64,000 nucleotides of DNA. Origin: Balanoglossus misakiensis (Eukaryota > Animalia > Hemichordata). The notes below the pieces were generated by a model. The model was not told the DNA's origin. It made no database searches and was given only the letters and a program-made list of their open reading frames with translations. Location: the NCBI GenBank assembly GCA_040954595.2, contig JBECUI020000046.1, positions 19,389-83,388 of the forward strand, in the 5' to 3' direction. The stretch's first letter is position 1. Each line of letters opens with the position of its first letter. Position numbers and translations under genes: made by a program. Positions 48,138 through 57,076 of this stretch are shown in pieces.

Positions 48138-50843
48138 ATGTTTCTACGTCGCATTACTCTGTACGGATTTAAGTCCTTTGCGATCCGGAGTGTTATAAAT
48201 CTGTCACCCGGACTGCAAGCTATTGTTGGTCCAAATGGTTGTGGAAAGAGTAACATTATAGATGCAATACAGTGGGTCTGCGGCGAGCAGTCTCTTCGAC
48301 ATCTTCGTGTACGTAAAGGTGAAGATATCATCTTTGGGGGCACGGCTGATCACAAAGCGCTGAACGTAGCCGAGGTTGAACTTGTGTTCAATAACGAAAC
48401 AGGGACATTTCCCATTGATGGGAATGAACTGCGAGTAAAACGTCGCATGTATCGTTCGGGTGAAAACAATTATTTTATCAATGAACAGCAGGTTCGTCTA
48501 AAAGATCTGCGCGACATGCTGGGACATGCCATGTTGGAGAAGTCGCTGTACTTTGTTTTGGAACAAGGCAGGGTGGATTCAGTCCTTTCTGCTAATCCCG
48601 AACAACGAAGAGGTATATTTGAAAGTGCTTCCGGCATTGCACGTTATCGACTGCATAGAAAAGAAATTGATCAGCGACTTCGAGCTGCTGAAGCAAAGAT
48701 ATCTCAGGCAACAGAACGACAGCAGGAATTCCGTAAGCGCATTGCCGAATTAACCTTGCAGGTAAAGAAAACCGAGAAACACCGACGTCTGAAAGAAAAC
48801 CTATTTGAGAAGGAACGTTCGCTTGAAGTTCTTCGCCTGCGTTCCTTAGACGATGTCTCTCGTAGTGCTATTACAACAATTAAAACCATAACAAGTGCCT
48901 GTGGACAGTTAGAAGAAAAGATTAATCATTCGGAGCGATTAAGTAGCAATATTAAGGCTGAAACAAGCGATTTTTATAAGGACTCCGAAGGGTTGCGACA
49001 TCAAATATCCGAAAAGCGGGTAGTGGCCGGAAGACTGGATGAACAACGTACAATGATTCAGAGACAATTAACTGAATTGGAAGTTGCACATGAACAATCT
49101 CAAAAGAGAACGAAAGAGATGCAGCAGCAGGCAGAGTTGGTTCTTTATTCGCTGGAAGAGATACGGCAAACAAGGGAAAAAAGCCTGATACGCGAAAAAG
49201 AAGAGAAAGAAAAACACAATACATATGAAGGCAAATTGAAATCTTTGCGCGAGCAGATTGTGATACGACAAAAAAGGCAGAAAGGCTATAGAGCGGAGAT
49301 CAGTCAATGTGAGCAGAAACGAAGAGCTCTCCAGTTGGAATTGACCGGACTTGCAGAAGAATTAGCAGTGTTTATTGATAGAGGATTACAGGAATACTCT
49401 CATCAGCAGAGGACAAACTTGGAACAGAAGATCGAAGAGCAAGTCATCACCCTACGAAATTTACTAAACAAAGCCCCTACCGAGCAAAAGACAACAATTG
49501 ATGCCCTCGAAAGGCTCTGGGAAACGATTGGAAAGTATCAAGAAAGTATACCGGCATTCCTAGCGGAATTGACTTCGCCAGGGGGTGCTATTACTCGTAA
49601 AAGAGAAATTGACACTCATGTTGAAGAGTTACACGAAAAGGTTGTGCAATTGCAGAGTCAGCTGGAGGCTGCCCGAGAGCAAGAAGAAAATTTAGAGTCG
49701 GAACGGAAAAAGCAGGAACAGGCACTCGTTGAATTACAGAAGGAACAAGTGCGAACTCTTGCTGAAATACGACATCAGAATGCGTCTATACGGCGGCTGG
49801 AACATGAGCATAAGACTGTAATAAAACGTAGTAAGGACTCGGAACATGAGTTAGAGGAAATTATTAAACGTACAGCAAGATACAAGAAACAGGCAATCGA
49901 GATTGAATTGCTACAAAGTAAAGAGGACAAGAATGTTGCCGGTCTTCTGGATAAACAAAAGAAGATTGATAAACAGATTGCAGGGAATAAAAAACGCCTA
50001 GAGTCCGCCCGACAAGAAAGCAATAGATATCGAAATGAACTGGAAAGGAACCGCAAGAAGGGTGAACAAGTTCGGCTAAGCCTTGCAGAGGTACAGAGCA
50101 AGATGAATAGCATCCGTGAATATTTTCGCGAGAAACACGGGCAGGAATTAGATAATTATAAGAATAAACCAATTCGTTTGAATAAGGAGGGATTACAGAA
50201 AGAAATAACAGAGATAAAGAATGGCATAACAGCTCTGGGAGCAGTTAACTTTATGGCGCAGGATGATCATGATGCAGTAGCTGAACAAGTAAATTTTCTT
50301 GATGTTCAACTAGAGGATTTATATAAGGCAAAAGAAAATTTTCTAGAAATAGGAAAAGATGTGTACGAAAAATCTGTTCAGCAATTTACCGATGGTTTTC
50401 AAAAGATTCACAAAAATTTTCAAGATGTTTTTCAGAGATTGTTTGCTGGTGGGCGTGCCACTCTTTTGCTCAAAGATCCGCAACATGTTCTGGAATCTGA
50501 TATAGAAATTACAGTGCAACCGCCGGGCAAGAAAGTAAAGAGTATGGAACAATTATCAGGAGGGGAACGGAGCATGACCGCATTGGCATTAATCTTTGCG
50601 ATATACCTTTTACGTCCTGCTCCGTTTACTTGTTTCGACGAAGTTGATGCCATGCTCGACAGCAACAATACCATATTATTTAGTGCCATGCTGAAGGACT
50701 TCGCACATTCATCACAGTTCATACTCATTACCCATAACGAACGAACATGCTCGTATGCTGATTCTATGATTGGAATTACAATGCAGACTCCTGGCATTAG
50801 CTCGGTACTATCTGCGCAATTGAATGTCGAAAAAAGCATTTAG
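48138..50843 (+). CDS. smc: SMC-family chromosome segregation ATPase, short (901 aa)
   Basis: GFKSFA, GPNGCGKSN, LSGGE, FDEVDAMLD, ITHN; long coiled coil. Confidence 0.9.
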   Translation: MFLRRITLYGFKSFAIRSVINLSPGLQAIVGPNGCGKSNIIDAIQWVCGEQSLRHLRVRKGEDIIFGGTADHKALNVAEVELVFNNETGTFPIDGNELRVKRRMYRSGENNYFINEQQVRLKDLRDMLGHAMLEKSLYFVLEQGRVDSVLSANPEQRRGIFESASGIARYRLHRKEIDQRLRAAEAKISQATERQQEFRKRIAELTLQVKKTEKHRRLKENLFEKERSLEVLRLRSLDDVSRSAITTIKTITSACGQLEEKINHSERLSSNIKAETSDFYKDSEGLRHQISEKRVVAGRLDEQRTMIQRQLTELEVAHEQSQKRTKEMQQQAELVLYSLEEIRQTREKSLIREKEEKEKHNTYEGKLKSLREQIVIRQKRQKGYRAEISQCEQKRRALQLELTGLAEELAVFIDRGLQEYSHQQRTNLEQKIEEQVITLRNLLNKAPTEQKTTIDALERLWETIGKYQESIPAFLAELTSPGGAITRKREIDTHVEELHEKVVQLQSQLEAAREQEENLESERKKQEQALVELQKEQVRTLAEIRHQNASIRRLEHEHKTVIKRSKDSEHELEEIIKRTARYKKQAIEIELLQSKEDKNVAGLLDKQKKIDKQIAGNKKRLESARQESNRYRNELERNRKKGEQVRLSLAEVQSKMNSIREYFREKHGQELDNYKNKPIRLNKEGLQKEITEIKNGITALGAVNFMAQDDHDAVAEQVNFLDVQLEDLYKAKENFLEIGKDVYEKSVQQFTDGFQKIHKNFQDVFQRLFAGGRATLLLKDPQHVLESDIEITVQPPGKKVKSMEQLSGGERSMTALALIFAIYLLRPAPFTCFDEVDAMLDSNNTILFSAMLKDFAHSSQFILITHNERTCSYADSMIGITMQTPGISSVLSAQLNVEKSI

Positions 50844-50992
50844 ATAGCAATGTTTACTACTTTGTTTACTACTTTGTATAGTATATTTGCTATTAATTAT
50901 TAGCATAATAAGCAGTTTTCTTATGCATTATTCAGGGGAAAGATGTTATAATAATGCTACCAGGATAAAGTTTTTTGTCTCTGTGTAGTAAA

Positions 50993-52222
50993 ATGGTCAA
51001 TATTAATTTTTTTATTGTTATTATTATAAGCGCTTTCTCATTGCTTTCCTGTGCTACTTCATTGAGTCAACCGGATGTTGCCGTAGTAGGAGTTCATAGG
51101 GATGGCAGGCAGACATTTCTCTTGTCGCCTCCCGAAGTTGAGACAGCAGAAGTAACGATTATTATGAAAGAGGGTGTAGACAGGGATGATGGGGCAGTGC
51201 TCCATCTAGTTGAGGAAACAGTAGAATCTGAAACATTTATGCATAGTAATATTTCCCGGCAGACGGAAGATATTGTATCTGTTTCTCCCGCTCTTTTTCA
51301 GCCGGAGGTTCTTGCTATTGCACTGTCTCCAAAAACAATGTCGGCTCCTGTTGTTTTGGAGTATCCACCGCTATCTAGCAAGGTCATTGCCTTAGTCCCT
51401 GTTCGGAGTAGGGACCCTGTGCAGGCAGCTCGGACAATCGAAAGCACTCAGTCAATAGAGATGCGAACTGAGAAAACAGTGGATGAGAAAACAGATAAGA
51501 AAACAATAGAGAATATTCAGCCGGCTACAGGATCAGCACTTTCAGGTGCAGATGACCTTATTGCCTATGTTGATGAACAGATACGAGTACAGCTTCCGGA
51601 TATTGGTTGGGTATATTATTCATCAGGTGCTGATAATCGTTATATTGAATTAGTTGATGTAAATTTTGCAGCCGAGGGAACAGTTTTTACGTTTCAATTT
51701 GCGGCAGTCGGAGATTATACCCTTCGATTTGAACGACAGGATCTTCTATCAGCCAATAAGGATTATCAGATACAGGTACAGGTTGCGCCCTTGTCCGAGC
51801 TGTCCGAACATACTGCAAGCGAAACTGAAGTAGTAACTGAACTAGGGGCTGTTCTTCCCGATTTAGTGGGAAGTAATACATCGAGTTCGGATACTACCAT
51901 CATTAGCAGTGCTTCTTCTAATGATGCCACCTTGCTCCGACAAATGGTATCGCGAGAATTTCTTCCGAGCATAGATGCCATTTTGGAGTCGGAAAACGCA
52001 GAGCTTAGTACTGTGCTTGAAAAAATAGATGAGAACAGTCGTATTGATGAAATTTTATTTCGCTTGGCTCGAATAAACGAAGAGGACGTTGAACAGAGAA
52101 ACATTGACATATCGTATAATATCTATGAGCAGTTGGTCAGAGATTATCCATTAAGCCCATATTATATACCTGCCCGTCAACGAATGGAGTACATTGCACG
52201 GCATTTTTTCTTTATACGGTAA
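50993..52222 (+). CDS. putative lipoprotein with C-terminal TPR/BamD-like repeat
   Basis: lipobox LLS-C; YEQLVRDYPLSPY..ARQRMEYI. Confidence 0.6.
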   Translation: MVNINFFIVIIISAFSLLSCATSLSQPDVAVVGVHRDGRQTFLLSPPEVETAEVTIIMKEGVDRDDGAVLHLVEETVESETFMHSNISRQTEDIVSVSPALFQPEVLAIALSPKTMSAPVVLEYPPLSSKVIALVPVRSRDPVQAARTIESTQSIEMRTEKTVDEKTDKKTIENIQPATGSALSGADDLIAYVDEQIRVQLPDIGWVYYSSGADNRYIELVDVNFAAEGTVFTFQFAAVGDYTLRFERQDLLSANKDYQIQVQVAPLSELSEHTASETEVVTELGAVLPDLVGSNTSSSDTTIISSASSNDATLLRQMVSREFLPSIDAILESENAELSTVLEKIDENSRIDEILFRLARINEEDVEQRNIDISYNIYEQLVRDYPLSPYYIPARQRMEYIARHFFFIR

Positions 52223-52308
52223 TTGCATGGGAGAACGATGCATAAAGGTTTGATAAATGTTTTAATTAATACTACTATATAAAGTGTAGTAATAAGAATA
52301 TTGAAATT

Positions 52309-53613
52309 ATGTTAGATAAAATAAGAGAGCGGTTAAGTTCCGCAATACAAGCCATTAGTCTTAAGCAGCATATTAGCGAGAAGAACATACGCGATGCTGT
52401 AGAACAAATTAAAACAGCTCTTCTTGATGCAGATGTAAATCTTCGTGTTGTTCGTCGCTTTGTAAATCATACTATTGAATTAGCGACAGGCGAACGTGTT
52501 CTAAAATCGGTTAAACCGGGGGAACAGTTTACTAAGATTGTCTATGATAAAATGGTAGAAATCTTAGGGAGCACTCATGCTGAATTGCATATTCATAGTG
52601 GCAATCAGCTGTCAGGCATTTTACTTGTTGGGCTACAGGGGTCAGGAAAGACCACAACTGCTGCTAAACTTGCTAAGCGCTTACAGGAGAACGGGCATAA
52701 GGTTTTGCTGACTACCTTAGATTATTCTCGTCCCGCTGCTGTGGAACAGTTACAACAACTTGCAGCGCGTGTGAAAATAGATTTTTATGAAGCACAGGAG
52801 CCCAATCGTATTAAAGACGTAGTGAGCTATGCAAAGAAGAATCAGTATTCCATTTTGTTAACTGATAGTGCCGGGCGTATGCAAGAAGAAGATATGCAGG
52901 AAATTGTACTGATATCTAAGGTTCTGCAGCCTGTAGAAACACTGCTTGTAGCCGATGCCATGACCGGACAATCTGCAGCGGAAACTGCAAAGGTATTTAG
53001 CAAGTACATAGAGCTCAGTGGTGTTATTCTCAGCAAATTTGACTCGGATACGCGAGGTGGTGCTGCTATGAGTATTAGTAGCGTTACTGGCTGTCCTATT
53101 AAATTTATCGGTACCGGTGAAAGACCGGTAGATATTGAGATTTTTTATCCCGACCGGATTGCTTCGCGCATTCTTGGTATGGGAGATATTGTTAGCTTGG
53201 TTGAACGTGCCGAGAGTGTAGTAGATAAGAAAGAAGCCGAAGAATTACAGAAAAAGTTTGTTAAGGCGCAATTTACTCTTGAAGATTATTACAAGCAGTT
53301 TCAGCTATTGGGAAGTATAGGCTCGGTTCAACAACTCACAGAGATGTTTCCGGGTATGAGCAATAACGATATGGACATTGATCAGATGAATGAAAAGATC
53401 AAAAAGGAGAAAGCGTTGATTGAGTCTATGACAAAAACAGAGAGACAAAATCACCGGCTTATCGGACTATCAAGACGACGTCGAATTGCTCGAGGATCTG
53501 GTCGAACTATGTTTGATGTTAACAATTTTTTGAAGCGTTTTGATAAGATAAAGATAATGATAAAGCGTATGAGCAAAAATAAAGCCATGGAAAGTATGAA
53601 GGGGTTATCATGA
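52309..53613 (+). CDS. ffh: signal recognition particle protein
   Basis: ALLDADV, GLQGSGKTT, DSAGR, DAMTGQ, SRILGMGD, RRRRIARGSG. Confidence 0.95.
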   Translation: MLDKIRERLSSAIQAISLKQHISEKNIRDAVEQIKTALLDADVNLRVVRRFVNHTIELATGERVLKSVKPGEQFTKIVYDKMVEILGSTHAELHIHSGNQLSGILLVGLQGSGKTTTAAKLAKRLQENGHKVLLTTLDYSRPAAVEQLQQLAARVKIDFYEAQEPNRIKDVVSYAKKNQYSILLTDSAGRMQEEDMQEIVLISKVLQPVETLLVADAMTGQSAAETAKVFSKYIELSGVILSKFDSDTRGGAAMSISSVTGCPIKFIGTGERPVDIEIFYPDRIASRILGMGDIVSLVERAESVVDKKEAEELQKKFVKAQFTLEDYYKQFQLLGSIGSVQQLTEMFPGMSNNDMDIDQMNEKIKKEKALIESMTKTERQNHRLIGLSRRRRIARGSGRTMFDVNNFLKRFDKIKIMIKRMSKNKAMESMKGLS

Positions 53614-53867
53614 TAAAGATACGATTAAAGCGATTTGGTACTAAAATGAGACCGTACTACAGAATTGTAGTAATGGATTCAAAGAGTCCACGAAATGGGA
53701 AGACTATCGATGAACTTGGTTTATATCATCCAATAGAGAAGAAGGATCAGGTTCGTATAAATAAAGATAAGGTTGCTCATTGGTTGGAACAAGGAGCGCA
53801 AGTTACGGACACCGTCAAGCGCTTGTTGAATAAACATAATATTTATCTTATGAAAATAAAACAATAG
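53610..53867 (+). CDS. rpsP: 30S ribosomal protein S16
   Basis: [29 protein letters not shown]. Confidence 0.96.
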   Translation: MIKIRLKRFGTKMRPYYRIVVMDSKSPRNGKTIDELGLYHPIEKKDQVRINKDKVAHWLEQGAQVTDTVKRLLNKHNIYLMKIKQ

Positions 53868-53886
53868 ATTTTACTGCGGAGGTATT

Positions 53887-54123
53887 GTGGTGGAAAAGGA
53901 ACTTGTCGAGTATATAGCTCGTGCAATTGTTACAAAACCGGATGAGGTAAACGTTACTATGCTAGAAGGTGAGCAATCAACCATTATTGAGCTTCGTGTA
54001 GCTGCAGAAGATATGGGGAAAATCATTGGACAGCATGGACGTACGGCAAAGGCAATTCGTAGCCTTTTGTCTGTTGCCGCATTTCGGACTGGTAAAAGGA
54101 CAGTACTTGAAATACTTGACTGA
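53887..54123 (+). CDS. khpA: KH-domain RNA-binding protein
   Basis: [20 protein letters not shown]; located between rpsP and rimM. Confidence 0.9.
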   Translation: MVEKELVEYIARAIVTKPDEVNVTMLEGEQSTIIELRVAAEDMGKIIGQHGRTAKAIRSLLSVAAFRTGKRTVLEILD

Positions 54124-54127
54124 TCAC

Positions 54128-54649
54128 ATGAAAAAGTTGAAAACCGATAATCTCATAGCCATAGGAAGTATAAAAAAAACCCATGGTTTATATGGAGCAG
54201 TATCGGTTACGAGCTTTTCTGGTGATTGGGAACATTTTTTAGTTTTAAAGAACTGTGTCTTGCTAAGAGATAGACAACGCTACCAGTTTCACGTTTCGTG
54301 CTTACATTCAAATAGCACATCTATCGTACTCAAACTACAAGACATTAATACAATCGAATCCGCTACTCCATGGTTAAACTCTTATATATTGGTTTCAAGA
54401 GAATTTGCCATCCCACTTCAAAAAAACGAATACTATGCTGCTGATCTCGTGAATGCTGATGTTATACATAATCAAACAAGTATAGGAACTATTTGTGCTG
54501 TTATTGAAAGCAGTAATTGTACATTGCTTGAAATACAATGTTCACATGCTACTAACAGTAAATTTGTTCCATTTATTGAGCATTTTATTGGAGATGTTGA
54601 TCTCATGCACAATCAAGTTGAATTAAAACAAACGTGGATACTTGAATAG
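54128..54649 (+). CDS. rimM: ribosome maturation factor RimM
   Basis: IGSIKKTHGLYG, EYYAADL, FVPF; synteny. Confidence 0.88.
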   Translation: MKKLKTDNLIAIGSIKKTHGLYGAVSVTSFSGDWEHFLVLKNCVLLRDRQRYQFHVSCLHSNSTSIVLKLQDINTIESATPWLNSYILVSREFAIPLQKNEYYAADLVNADVIHNQTSIGTICAVIESSNCTLLEIQCSHATNSKFVPFIEHFIGDVDLMHNQVELKQTWILE

Positions 54650-54652
54650 AAA

Positions 54653-55339
54653 ATGAATATAGTTGTTCTTTCTCTTTTTCCTGATTTTTTAACGGAGTAT
54701 TTTAGCACTTCTATAGTTGCCAAGGCAGGCGTCAGAGCGTATATTAACTTTTTTGTTATAAATATACGTGATTATGCTTCGGGTGCGTACAATAGTTGTG
54801 ATGATGCTCCGTATGGTGGAGGGGCGGGGATGCTCTTGATGGTGGAGCCCATTGCTTTGGCAATGGACACAATTAAATTTAACCCCAAGAGAGTAATCCT
54901 GCCAACACCTGCTGGGAAACCTTTAAGTCAAAAACTTGCTCACGAACTTGCTCAAGAAGAAACCCTTGTATTTATTTGTGGGCATTACGAAGGTGTAGAC
55001 GAACGTATTACGGAATTATACGTTCATGATGAAATATCTGTCGGTGACTATGTGCTTTCTTCAGGAGCACTAGGAGCTCTCGTTATTATCGATTCAGTCA
55101 TCAGACTGGTAAAGGGCGTTATTAACCAAGACTCATTATCGGAAGAAAGTTTCGTAGAGTCACTGTTGGAATATCCGCAGTATACACGTCCTGCGTCATT
55201 TCGGAATATGAATGTCCCGGAGGTACTTCTTTCGGGAAATCATGAGAACATTCGTCTATGGCGTCGCCAGCAGCGGCTCGATCGTACGCGGAGCAGACGC
55301 CCCGATTTATTTGAACGCTATCAACAAGGGTTGACATAA
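54653..55339 (+). CDS. trmD: tRNA (guanine37-N1)-methyltransferase
   Basis: DDAPYGGGAGM, ICGHYEGVDER, SVGDYVLS, LEYPQYTRP. Confidence 0.96.
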   Translation: MNIVVLSLFPDFLTEYFSTSIVAKAGVRAYINFFVINIRDYASGAYNSCDDAPYGGGAGMLLMVEPIALAMDTIKFNPKRVILPTPAGKPLSQKLAHELAQEETLVFICGHYEGVDERITELYVHDEISVGDYVLSSGALGALVIIDSVIRLVKGVINQDSLSEESFVESLLEYPQYTRPASFRNMNVPEVLLSGNHENIRLWRRQQRLDRTRSRRPDLFERYQQGLT

Positions 55340-55359
55340 GAAATAAAAAAGTGTAGACT
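55331..55359 (+). promoter_or_regulatory. putative internal promoter for rplS
   Basis: TTGACA-N17-TAGACT. Confidence 0.5.
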
Positions 55360-55379
55360 ACGATAGTTGGAGAAATATT

Positions 55380-55733
55380 GTGAACCTTATTACTGCTATA
55401 GAAAATCAGCAAGCAAAAGAAAACATTGGGGCGATACACATTGGTGATACAGTATGCGTTCATTTTCGCATAGTCGAAGGGAAAAGTGCACGAATTCAGC
55501 TCTTTGAAGGGCTGGTTATTGCAATGAAAAACAGTGGAATCAAAAAGACCTGTACCATACGAAAAATGTCTTATGGTGTCGGTGTTGAGCGGATATTTCC
55601 GCTTCATTCTCCTCGTGTTGAAAAAATTGAAATTACCCGGCATGGAAAGGTACGGCGTGCTAAGCTATACTATATTCGCGATAAAGTCGGCAAAAAAGCT
55701 ACAGTTAAAGAATTAATAAAAAAGAAGAGATAA
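55380..55733 (+). CDS. rplS: 50S ribosomal protein L19
   Basis: GDTV, RIQLFEG, GVGVERIFPLHSP, GKVRRAKLYY. Confidence 0.96.
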   Translation: MNLITAIENQQAKENIGAIHIGDTVCVHFRIVEGKSARIQLFEGLVIAMKNSGIKKTCTIRKMSYGVGVERIFPLHSPRVEKIEITRHGKVRRAKLYYIRDKVGKKATVKELIKKKR

Positions 55734-55794
55734 TTCTTTCTTTTTTTGAATCTTTTCTCTCTCTTTTCTTGTAATCTAAGTACATTGTGTACCA

Positions 55795-56160
55795 ATGTGC
55801 TATAGATTATGTCCTATGAATGAGTTGGGAATGTGGGGTGAAGAACTCGCCCGGCAATATTTACACAAAATATCATGCAAACTAGTTAAAAATAACTTCA
55901 GGTCTTATGCCGGAGAAGTCGATATTATATATATTGAAGATGCTGTACTTGTTTTTGCAGAGGTAAAAACATGGCAGTATTATCGGTGCTTAGATTTGCA
56001 ATACGTTATGTCAAATAAGAAGCGGGAACGCATGAAAAAAACAGCGCAAGCCTTTCTCATTACTCATCATCAGTATAATCACCTGCCCTTGCGCTTTGAT
56101 GTCATTCTTATTCTTGCACCGACTATGAATGTACAACATTTTAGAAACGTATTTGAGTAG
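55795..56160 (+). CDS. yraN: YraN/UPF0102 family endonuclease-like protein
   Basis: GEELARQYL, NFR..GEVDII, LVFAEVK, RFDVI. Confidence 0.88.
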   Translation: MCYRLCPMNELGMWGEELARQYLHKISCKLVKNNFRSYAGEVDIIYIEDAVLVFAEVKTWQYYRCLDLQYVMSNKKRERMKKTAQAFLITHHQYNHLPLRFDVILILAPTMNVQHFRNVFE

Positions 56161-56164
56161 CTGT

Positions 56165-56359
56165 ATGGGACGAAATTCACATCACATTAGTGATGATCGC
56201 ATCAAAGAATTACGCATTAACTTGCGAGATAGTAACTATATCGATACGGCGGTTAATAACTTGGCGTCCATCCTTACCCGAGAAATGTGCGATAAAACTG
56301 ATGCAACCGTAAGAAAGGTTACAAAACATCTCAAAAAGAAAACAAAAAAGAAAAGCTAA
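56165..56359 (+). CDS. small hypothetical protein, possibly FlgM-like
   Basis: fills the gap between yraN and coaD; RIKELR..L.DSNYIDTAV..LA pattern; basic tail. Confidence 0.55.
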   Translation: MGRNSHHISDDRIKELRINLRDSNYIDTAVNNLASILTREMCDKTDATVRKVTKHLKKKTKKKS

Positions 56360-56401
56360 TCGCTATCTTGTAATTGATTCTATATCGGTATACACTATGG
56401 C

Positions 56402-56890
56402 ATGCTTCGTGTAATAGCACCTGGGTCATTTGACCCACCCACAAACGGACATATTGATCTCATACAACGAGCTAGTAGCATCTTCGATGAGGTATTTGTT
56501 GTTATAGCTGCAAACCCCATGAAGAAGTATACCTTCTCCAGTAATGAGAGGTTAGCACTTATGCAGGAAATTTTGGCATCCTGTAAGAATGTTACATTTC
56601 ATGTCTGGCAGCGCTTAATTGTGGATTTCGCACAGAATGTAGATGCCCGTATAATTGTTCGTGGAATTCGATCCCCCGGTGATATTGGCTATGAGTTTGA
56701 TCTGTCAATTATAAACCGTTCAATCAATGCCCGTGTAGAGACTATATTTCTTCCGACACATCCTGAATATCTTGTTACCCGATCATCAACTGTAAAGGAG
56801 CTTGCTCGCCTCGGAGGGGACATATCCAATATGGTTCCTGCAATTGTGGTAGATGCCCTGAAAAAGAAAATATCTCCTTCCAATGCTTGA
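56402..56890 (+). CDS. coaD: phosphopantetheine adenylyltransferase
   Basis: PGSFDPPTNGHIDLI, IVRGIR, SSTVKELA..GGDI. Confidence 0.95.
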   Translation: MLRVIAPGSFDPPTNGHIDLIQRASSIFDEVFVVIAANPMKKYTFSSNERLALMQEILASCKNVTFHVWQRLIVDFAQNVDARIIVRGIRSPGDIGYEFDLSIINRSINARVETIFLPTHPEYLVTRSSTVKELARLGGDISNMVPAIVVDALKKKISPSNA

Positions 56891-56915
56891 CAGTGCTATG
56901 CACTCGCGTTATTAT
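56887..56915 (+). promoter_or_regulatory. promoter of the tRNA pair
   Basis: TTGACA-N17-TATTAT, 16 nt upstream of tRNA-Gln. Confidence 0.65.
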
Positions 56916-56931
56916 ATTATTACCAATATTT

Positions 56932-57002
56932 TTCCTGGTGGTGTAATGGTAGCACAACAGATTCTGGTTCTGTTGGTGGGGGTTCAAATCCTCCCCGGGA
57001 AG
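56932..57002 (+). tRNA. tRNA-Gln(CTG)
   Basis: acceptor TTCCTGG/CCGGGAA, anticodon arm ACAGA-TTCTGGT-TCTGT, T arm GGGGG-TTCAAAT-CCTCC. Confidence 0.93.
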
Positions 57003-57004
57003 CT

Positions 57005-57076
57005 GGCCCGTTCGTCTAGGGGTTAGGACACGGGATTCTCATTCCCGAAACAGGGGTTCGATTCCCCTACGGGCTA
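57005..57076 (+). tRNA. tRNA-Glu(CTC)
   Basis: acceptor GGCCCGT/ACGGGCT, anticodon arm CGGGA-TTCTCAT-TCCCG, T arm AGGGG-TTCGATT-CCCCT. Confidence 0.95.

Noticed and set aside
56932-57076. Prophage or island attachment site at the tRNAs
   Set aside because: No integrase and no duplicated tRNA 3' end noticed in the window
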